From Psilocybe cubensis (Eukaryota): a stretch of DNA of 64,000 nucleotides. Every line of letters begins with the position of its first letter. The first letter of the stretch is position 1. The notes below the pieces were generated by a model, which was not told the DNA's origin, searched no databases, and was given only the letters and a program-made list of their open reading frames with translations. This document shows positions 55,689 to 64,000 of the stretch, in pieces. A program made the translations under genes and the position numbers. The stretch spans positions 1,550,001-1,614,000 of the forward strand of contig CM039003.1 of assembly GCA_017499595.2 (NCBI GenBank), read 5' to 3'.

Positions 55689-58600
55689 ATGCCCAACCCT
55701 GCCCGCTTCGTCCGCGCCTTTTCCACAGCTGCGCCATGCAGGCACTCGATGCCCATCATGAACAGATACAGCAGGCTTGTCACTCAGCCCAAGGATCAGG
55801 GCGCCAGTCAGGTATGTTGACTTTGTGAAAGCTTCTCAACCTCACACCCTCCAGGCCATGCTCTATGCAACAGACGGCATCGCGTCCGACGAAGACTTTA
55901 ACAAAGCCATGGTCGGCGTAGCCAGTGTCTGGTGTGTCTCTTCTCCTTTGCATCGTCTCTCTCCAGCTGAACACACGCCAGGTACGAAGGAAACCCGTGC
56001 GTCTCGTGCTTCCTCGCGCGCGCTTTTGTCCTGATTTCCTCCAAATAGATGCAACAAACACCTTTTGGGTCTGGGCCAAGAGATTAAAGCTTCCCTTGCC
56101 CAGTCCAACTTGATTGGATACCAATTTGGCACCGTCGGTGTCAGCGATGGCATTAGCATGGGCACCAAGGGAATGTCCTACTCCCTCCAGTCCCGAGACC
56201 TCATCGCAGATCAGGTAGAAACAGCCGCAGGTGGCCATCATCTAGACGGCATGGTCGTAGTTCCTGGCTGCGACAAGAATATGCCAGGTGTCCTCATTGC
56301 CCGTCAGTCCTCCGCTCTCTCCTTATATTCCATCTTCTAAACATATACCAAATCTCCGATCCGTCCTCCCTTCCATGTTTTTCTTCCGTCACGGACACGT
56401 CAATCCATACATTCAACAACTTCCGTATCCTCAGTGGGCCGACTCAACCGTCCCGGTCTGATGGTCTATGGTGGTACTATTCGCGCAGGCTCGTGCGAAG
56501 GTGCGCCACAGCTCGACATCGTGTCTGCTTTCCAATCATACGGCAAGTATCTCCAGGACGGCAAGACTCCTGCAGCCGAAACTGAGCGCTACAATACTGT
56601 CCGACACGCCTGTCCCGGGCCTGGCGCGTGTGGAGGTGTAAGTCCTGACAGTCTTTCTTTTCCTGTTTAGTTTATACAACTGTTCATCATAGATGTACAC
56701 TGCCAATACGATGGCCTCTGCAATCGAGGCTTTGGGCATGACTCTACCGGGGTCCTCCTCTTTCCCTGCTGAATCAAAGGAGAAGCACGATGAATGTGCC
56801 TCTGTGGGACCCGTCATGTATAACCTCATCGCCAAAAACATTCTTCCAAGGCAGATCATGACCCGTTCCGCATTCGAGAACGCAATGGTGCGAACTCTGC
56901 TGTTTGTTTTTGAATCACTGCGCATCCTAATTGATTATACCTCCGTTTTCCTATCCCTTTTTGGTCTCCTTTTCGTTCTGTTTCCGTCTGGCTCTCTTTT
57001 GTCTCCTTGGCTTCCTCTGGCTCTATTTACTTCCGTGTCCGCTGATCTCGTTGATTTCCGTTATCCTGTCAATCCCAACTATGCTTGTATTTGCTTTGAA
57101 CTGCGCATATACTCATCATCACCCTCTTTCTCGGTTGATCAAAATGTCAGGTTTTGACTATGGTCCTCGGAGGTTCTACTAACGCGGTTCTCCATCTTAT
57201 CGCAATGGCTCACTCGGTCGGTATTAAACTGAGCATCGACGACTTCCAGAACGTGTCAGACCGTGTTCCCTTCCTAGCGGACATCAAGCCTAGCGGCAAG
57301 TATGTCATGGAGGATGTGTACAAACTCGGTGGTATTCCAAGTGCGTGCCATTTAATTATTATTTATACATCCTGTATCTCTCGAGAAAGATGTGTACTGA
57401 CATTGATTAACCGAATAAACCTGTTAGAGATCCTTGCGTTCCTGTTAAAGAACAAGATGATTGACGGCAACAACATGACTGTGACTGGAAAGACTCTGGG
57501 TGAGAACTTGGAAGAGTGGACTTACAAACACGGAGAACTCGATAGCACCCAAGACGTCATTCGACCTCTGGACAACCCCATGAAGGCTACCGGACACATC
57601 AGGTAAATATCTTTGCATCAGGCTAATTTTATCGCCTCTGTCGCCTTTGCCGACCCAAGTTAATGTCTCTCCCGTGTCGCCCTCCCCCTTTGTCATCACG
57701 TATGGGCCCCGCATTCTTCTCCGCTTCATGTCGCCGCGTTGTTTCCTGTGCCTCACGCATGTCTGTCCATCGGGGAGATATTCGCTTCTGTGTCGAGTTG
57801 ATCTGTTGCACGCTTCACGATGTTTCGTATTTTCAAATACCCTTTCACCATCAACCTATTCATTCATTTTTTCATCTTCCAAAAATACGGTGACTGACTA
57901 TCGCATGGTTCCCTTTCTTTTCTTTTAGGATCTTGAAAGGCAACCTTGCACCAGGTGGCGCAGTGGCCAAGATCACGGGCAAGGAAGGATTGGGCTTTGT
58001 TGGCAAAGCCCGCACATTTGACACGGAAGATGATTTTGTCAAAGCCGTCGAGTCCGGCTCAATCAAAAAAGGAGAAAAGACTGTGGTCATTCTCAGGTAT
58101 CTGGGCCCCCAGGGTGGACCAGGTGAGTTTTCTTTGTCTTCATTCCCCATTATGCCGTTATTTCTTTTTATCTCTCTCTCTTTCTCTTTGGGTCTTTCTT
58201 GGGGTTTGTCTTGTGTTTGTTTTGTCTGTTTGACGGATGTCCGGCTGAGAAGACTGAAATTATCTGTGGTGCTTCTGATTTGCGGCGTTGCTTCTTGAGC
58301 GCAAGTACAATCCCATTCATCCTTTCCTTGATGAACGTGGTTGGATCCTGCACTGGCATATGACCCTTACCATCACCAAACTGTTCTTGGGTTCCCTGTC
58401 GTAATATCTAATCTTGCGTTTTGATGCGACTCTGCACCATTGTGTCGCATTGTTTTTTTTGTTTCCTGTTTATGCGTTCCGCCCCTCTGCTCCGTGTCTC
58501 AAGGATGAGCAGTACCCTTCGACGCTTTAACGCGCTTGTTCGTGCTGTTTTACCTCGGCTCCACACACTCTCTGTTTTTCCCGTCGTTTCTTGACGATGT

Positions 58601-59887
58601 TATGTGATGATATGATTAACTCATATGTGCGAACTTTTTGTTCTTTTTCCATCCTTTGCTCGGCTTGGATGTGAATAGGTATGCCTGAGATGCTCAAGCC
58701 CACGAGTCTGATAATGGGCGCCGGTCTCGGTCTCGACGTTGCATGTCTCACGGATGGACGATTCTCTGGAGGGTGAGTGTTTTTTTCATTTTATTTGTCT
58801 TACCTTTTTTTTTTTTGGCAGTTTTTTTTGGCCTTTTTTTTTTTACTTCACGGCATATAGATGCCAGTCAAAAAGATAACGATACTTTTTAAAAACTTTT
58901 TGAAAGCCTTCTAGTTTCCCTTCCCTTGTTACACCCTTGTCAAATTATCGCGTTTAAAATGACAAGTGACAAGTGAAGGTGACAACGACAACGACACCGG
59001 AATGACAGAAACGCATTTTTTTTCGGTGTTTTAAGGGCCTTATTTTGTACCTTGTTTTTTTTTTTTTCTTTTACGGGTTGGCCGAGCGCCGCGATGCTTC
59101 TGGCGCATTTTGTTTGTTATGTTGTTTTTGTTTTTTTTTCTCGTGGTCGGTTGGCAACGCCCAACAACGACAACGACGATGACGATGACGATGACTTGTT
59201 CTGCATTCGCATCTCTGAAATTCGGATGCTCCCCTCACCCATTCCCCGCCTGCGCATCATGGTGCATCGTGATCCCTCTGATGGTAGGGTATGATGAAAC
59301 TTGTTATATGCGCGGTTGCACAACATAGAACAACCGAGTTCATTTCCCTTTTTTTTCGTTCCCTCGTGCTTCGGTGCTTCGGATTTTGTATTGCTATTGC
59401 TATTACATGAGCGGGAATCGCACACACCGTAACACTTCCTTTTGACACGTTGCGTTTTAATTTTGATTTCATTCCCCGCTTTCTGTTTTTGTTTTTTACA
59501 ATTTCATCAAACATTTTTCTTTTGTTTGTTTGTCACTTTTTTGATTTTGATTTTTCTATTACATTTTGTCCTGACTTTTTTCCCCGTCTTTTTTTTTGCG
59601 GTGCACCCCCCATTCTAATCAACGTTCTTTTCAGATCGCACGGGTTCTGTATCGGCCATGTTGTACCGGAGGCGCAGGTAGGAGGGCCTATCGCGCTCGT
59701 GCAGGACGGGGATATCATCGCTGTCGACGCCGTCAAAAACACGCTCGAACTCCGCGTCTCGGAAGAAGAGCTGGCGAGGCGCAGGAAGGAGTGGAAGGCG
59801 CCTCCGCTCAAAGTCAGCCAGGGCACCCTGTACAAATACACCAAGGTGGTTACCGACGCCAGCCACGGGTGTGTGACAGATGCGTAA
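55689..59887 (+). CDS. ILV3: dihydroxy-acid dehydratase, mitochondrial
   Basis: Arg-rich presequence, [66 protein letters not shown] and [11 protein letters not shown]...GHVVPEA. Includes a 15-nt micro-exon at 55982-55996. Confidence 0.96.
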
Positions 59888-61534
59888 AAAAAAACAAAGG
59901 GCAACCCCCCGCCTCCACCCTCCCACCTTTTCGTCGCGCGGTTTTTTTGGTGGGGCGTGTGTGTGTGCTTTGAGGTTTATTTCACCTCTTTTAAAAAATA
60001 AAGCTTTTTTTAAAAAGAAGAATCTGTAGATTTGGAGACGGAAGGAACTCGAAAGGCAGTTTGAATTGAAGGCCTACAGCTTAGTACCCCCTATGTCGGG
60101 CACTGTTCTGCATTATTCTGGCGGATGTAAAAAGAAAGAATTGAAGAAACATCCGCTGGTCGATCAGATCCGCTCCCCCGACATAGCCACACCCGCACGC
60201 CTTGGGTGCTCATTCCTCGTGTTTTTTCCTCTCTGCCTCCATTTCTTCGCCCTGAAGGTTCACGGAGTCAAACTAATGGTAATTCGCTCAGCTCCCGACC
60301 AACAAAAATCCATTCCCTATATAAAAGTAATCTTCTTTATCTACTATATTTTTTTCCTCGACTGCTTTTAATGCCGTCTCATGTCCCACATCCCTGTCCT
60401 TTTCGAACTCGTTTATGGAAACCAGTGTCGCACTTTAGAGCGGCTTTTAACAAACGTACAGGTTCTAATAAGAGCTCCGGTTATAACATACGAATTTGCT
60501 ATCGGAAACTCCGGCAGTCTGGATCATGTACATACTTGGATTATATCTGGTGGGTGGAGGCTTTAGGAATAATGCAACCTGCAGGTTTGTGCTTCGTCGA
60601 TAACATCATTTGTAATGGAATTCTGTTGTCATGTTCGCAGATGGATGGTCTTCCCAGTCTGAGAAGACTCCATTCTTTCATTCTTATTAATGTACCCGAC
60701 CGTCTGCGAAACTTTGTATAGAGATTAAAGGTGGTGAGACTCGCAGTTGAGACATTGACCGCAGTCGCGGCACAATTGCCTCCTGATTTTTTTTTGACCA
60801 TGGAACAATTGGCATACCTGTGAATAGTGGGGATGCAGATGGCAAAGCAGTCCAAGTAGCACGAATATTTACCTCCCCGCCCCGAATCTCACGGCGTGAA
60901 GAGAAATATAATGCCAGGGAATATAAACCAGATTGTCTCCCGGCGCTTTCTCACAAATTTAATGCTGGAAGTGGCTGACATCCATCCCAGAAACCAAAAA
61001 AGCTCCCAAGTATAGTTTATTTTGCTCTGGCAGACTGAGCGACGCGTCACGGGCACTCTCTGTCTCCGACTGTGCAGTCCAGACTTCAAAACCCCATTCC
61101 CCAGCATTCCATTCTTTCCCTGAGCAGCGGTGGGGTCGTATGTCCTCTGATATGCGTTTGATGTGTCGTTCGGCTCTCCGTCTCTTTTTGGTATCGGCCT
61201 AAGCCATAGATTTAGACGCGCCGATCTGCGCTTGCCTAAATTGATTTAATTTCAAATATCCACACCAATTCCCCCGCCACATGAGGCTCGCAATCGGTAA
61301 TGCCATCAACTGCAACTATGAAGGAGCTTCGACTTGATTTCCCTTCACTGCCTACTTATGAGATAGGACACATAGATAAGAAATCCTGGGAGACCAGCAT
61401 CGACAATGAATGTGAGTATCAGGCACACAGTCAATACAAACCGTAGACTCGTTCAAAAACATTGTCGTTGAATCCACAGGAAGAAAAAAGAGGGAGACAA
61501 CTTGTGCGTACAGAGACAAAAGATATGGAGGATT

Positions 61535-63691
61535 TCAGCTCTTCGTCTTGCGTACGATGCGCTTTTTTTCTGCCTTTGGCATTTTGTGCTTTCGCTTCTC
61601 TTTAGCTTCGGCCTTCACTTGCTTTTTACGCTCCTGGAGAGATAGGAAATTTTTAGGGAGGCAGCTGCCCTCCATAACTTCCCAAACTCACCTTTTTGGC
61701 CTCTTTGTCCTCATGTCTGTGACCTCGAGGTTTCTTTTCCACAAACACCTTTTCACCATTTTCTCCTCCGTCTTCATCCTCGTCTTCATCGTCTTCGTCC
61801 TCACTGCTACTTTCGTCCACTGTATCTTGGTTCTTGACGTCTTGACCCTCACCGGCATCAAATCTAACTGAAGATATCGGAGCCGCATCAGAATCGTTGA
61901 CAGATGTCTTGGGTGCCTTAGGTTTACTGTTACTGCCAATCCCCCCACCGGAGATTTCTTCTTTCTTGTCCGAGGATGATACCAGACCGATTGTGTCAGC
62001 ATATATCAGGCCATCTCCCCTTTTATACTTTTCGACGTCACGTTCAGGGTCGTATACCTCGTTCAGCGTTCGCGGGATGAACGATTGTAAGAACACAGCG
62101 TCTTCATGCGCAGTGTCTTCCGATTTGGTTTTTTGAGATGTTGAAACGTCATTAAAGCCTGATTCACCGTCTTCTCCAGCACGGTCCTCGGTTTCTGCGT
62201 CTTGGTCCTCCGCCCTTTCAGCCAGCAATTTTTTCAAAACCTCTTCATCGCTGACGCCCTCTTCTTCCGTCAATTTCTCCTTGGTAACAAATTCGAAACA
62301 TCTCCTCAGACCGAGGCATGTCACGCCTAGTCTTCCGAAGAAATCCTCGACATTCTTGATATCGTTACGCAAGAAATCAAAGGCGGATGGATGGTCATGT
62401 TCTACACTTTGAGAAACATCGATGATCCAGAGATGTCCTTCGTGATACATGATGTTGTATTCTGAAAGATCGGCATGAACAAGTTTGCAAACGTGGAACA
62501 TACGGCGCACAACGAGCACGAGTTCCTCGTATAGCTGTCCTACGTTTTCTGGGGGGAGGGAGGCGTCTTTCATACGTGGTGATGCCCTGGAGATATACTA
62601 AGAAAAATGTATGAAAAGAAAAATTTAAACAGGATGCTGACCAGCCATCTTTATCGCCCACAAAGGTCATCACTAAGACGTTTTCACGAACTTCGACTGG
62701 GTCAGGAGCACGAATACCAGCGGCCACCAGCCGCTTTAGATTACGCATTTCTTTTTCGGCCCACATCCGCACCATTTTACGAGGATTGCGACTGTATCCC
62801 TTGCGAAAACGGAATTCGCCAGTGACATATTTGTCACGGTCTTTAAAGACCAAAATTGATGTTTTATAAATCTTGAGCGCTAAATGTGTCTTTTCGGGTG
62901 TCAAGGCGTGATAAACATTGGCCTATGAGAGTGGTTGAGTACGAAAACCCAAACACCGTATAGGTTGCGCACCTCTTTTCCGGTACTAACACAACCATTT
63001 ACTTCATCGATTAATCCTCTCCCAATCATCTTGAATAAGATCAGACGTGTACGAGGATCGAGAACCTGCTCATTCGTAGCGCGATCGCTCTTGTCCTTAA
63101 GGTTAGCATGAGCACTGGGTCCTTTTCTATTCACTCCCACACCCATCACATATGGGACATCGATTTTAGCAAGGCGCGAGTTGTATTTGGCGAGCGCGGC
63201 TAATTGATCGTTGGTACGGTCCTTCGCAGTGCCACCAGCCACCTTTGAGGATAGGTTAGAGGAAGATACAGTAGATGTCTTGGGATGGTTGACAGGAGGT
63301 AGTAAAGCAACAGCTTCAGACCTGTTGAAAGCAGAGGAGACACCTTGGGCATTGCCTGTGCGCACAGCTGTGTGTTGGCGTAGACGATTATACTGTTTTG
63401 TAAAATCTAGGAATGAACTTTCGGAAGGACGAATCGGGGGTATGCATATGAATTTCACTAACCCCGTTCTGCGTTTTCCCAATCCTCGTCCTCTACCCTG
63501 TTATCGTAATATTCATCGTCCTCGTCGTCGATTTCATCTTCGTCCTCTGTATCTGGCCAATCCAAAACATGGGCTTCTGTTGCAGGATCATAGGTATCGA
63601 TATAGGCCTGGCCCTCTCGATTTGTCGGTTCGTTTCCTTCTTCAGCATCATCAAATTGACCAGGGACGATAGGAGGAGTTAGGGATGTCAT
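61535..63691 (-). CDS. RIO1: RIO1-family atypical kinase
   Basis: [73 protein letters not shown] and a Lys-rich tail. Confidence 0.96.
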
Positions 63692-63820
63692 GGTAGCAAT
63701 TAACTATTTCTGCTCAATCATGGTGCGCGATTAAAAAAATAGGGTCACGTGCGGATGACTTCATCCGCTCCTAAATTAGGCGATGGCTGGTTTCTTGCAG
63801 ACTGCCACGACCATCATTCA

Positions 63821-64000
63821 ATGGATACTCTCCGTCGCCGGATTCCATTCAAACTCTCGGAAGATGATGACACAGGACTGGAGAATGACATTCTTGACGA
63901 GCAAGGTGAGTACTTACTTAACAGAGAAACCGACAATATTGATCCAGCTCACGGCTACATACTAAGAACAAGAAGAGTTAATCGACGAATTGCGCCGGGA
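63821..64000 (+). CDS. 5' part of a hypothetical protein (truncated by window end)
   Basis: ATG 63821 MDTLRRRIPFKLSEDDDTGLENDILDEQ, GTGAGT...AAG intron, then EQEELIDELRR in frame. Confidence 0.55.
   Translation, partial: MDTLRRRIPFKLSEDDDTGLENDILDEQGEYLLNRETDNIDPAHGYILRTRRVNRRIAPG

Noticed and set aside
58600-59345. Box C/D snoRNAs in ILV3 introns (RTGATGA at 58604 and 59291)
   Set aside because: No box D (CTGA) at a plausible distance downstream within the intron and no terminal stem seen.
60066-61107. Several 60-170 aa ORFs between ILV3 and RIO1
   Set aside because: No consistent exon chain or recognisable domain. A small gene cannot be excluded.

Overview
Eukaryotic, intron-rich fungal DNA. 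Short GT-AG introns with CTRAC branch points, micro-exons and the gene families present point to an agaricomycete basidiomycete. I can support about 23 protein-coding genes: a Tsp2-type tetraspanin, a WDR7/rabconnectin-3beta-like WD40 protein, a GH20 hexosaminidase, a DCAF4-like WD40 protein, TRP4, three S53 sedolisin paralogs, HIS1, a DXO/Rai1-like protein, a WD40-cyclophilin, THI4, ARO7, two atypical septin-like genes, a Zn2Cys6 factor, ILV3, RIO1 and several hypotheticals. No transposon, rRNA, tRNA or CRISPR signal was recognised. Highlights: (1) a divergent septin-like GTPase spliced in frame to two Zn(II)2Cys6 DNA-binding clusters, lying between a stand-alone Zn2Cys6 gene and a stand-alone septin-like paralog; (2) unusually long ILV3 introns with collinear long-range complementarity that could loop out the exon carrying the TDGRFSGG motif, and one last-intron element complementary to motifs in three upstream introns; (3) a hairpin-rich candidate ncRNA of about 450 nt behind a TATA box; (4) a duplicated promoter plus first exon. 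All exon models were read by eye and are not confirmed by transcripts or database searches.
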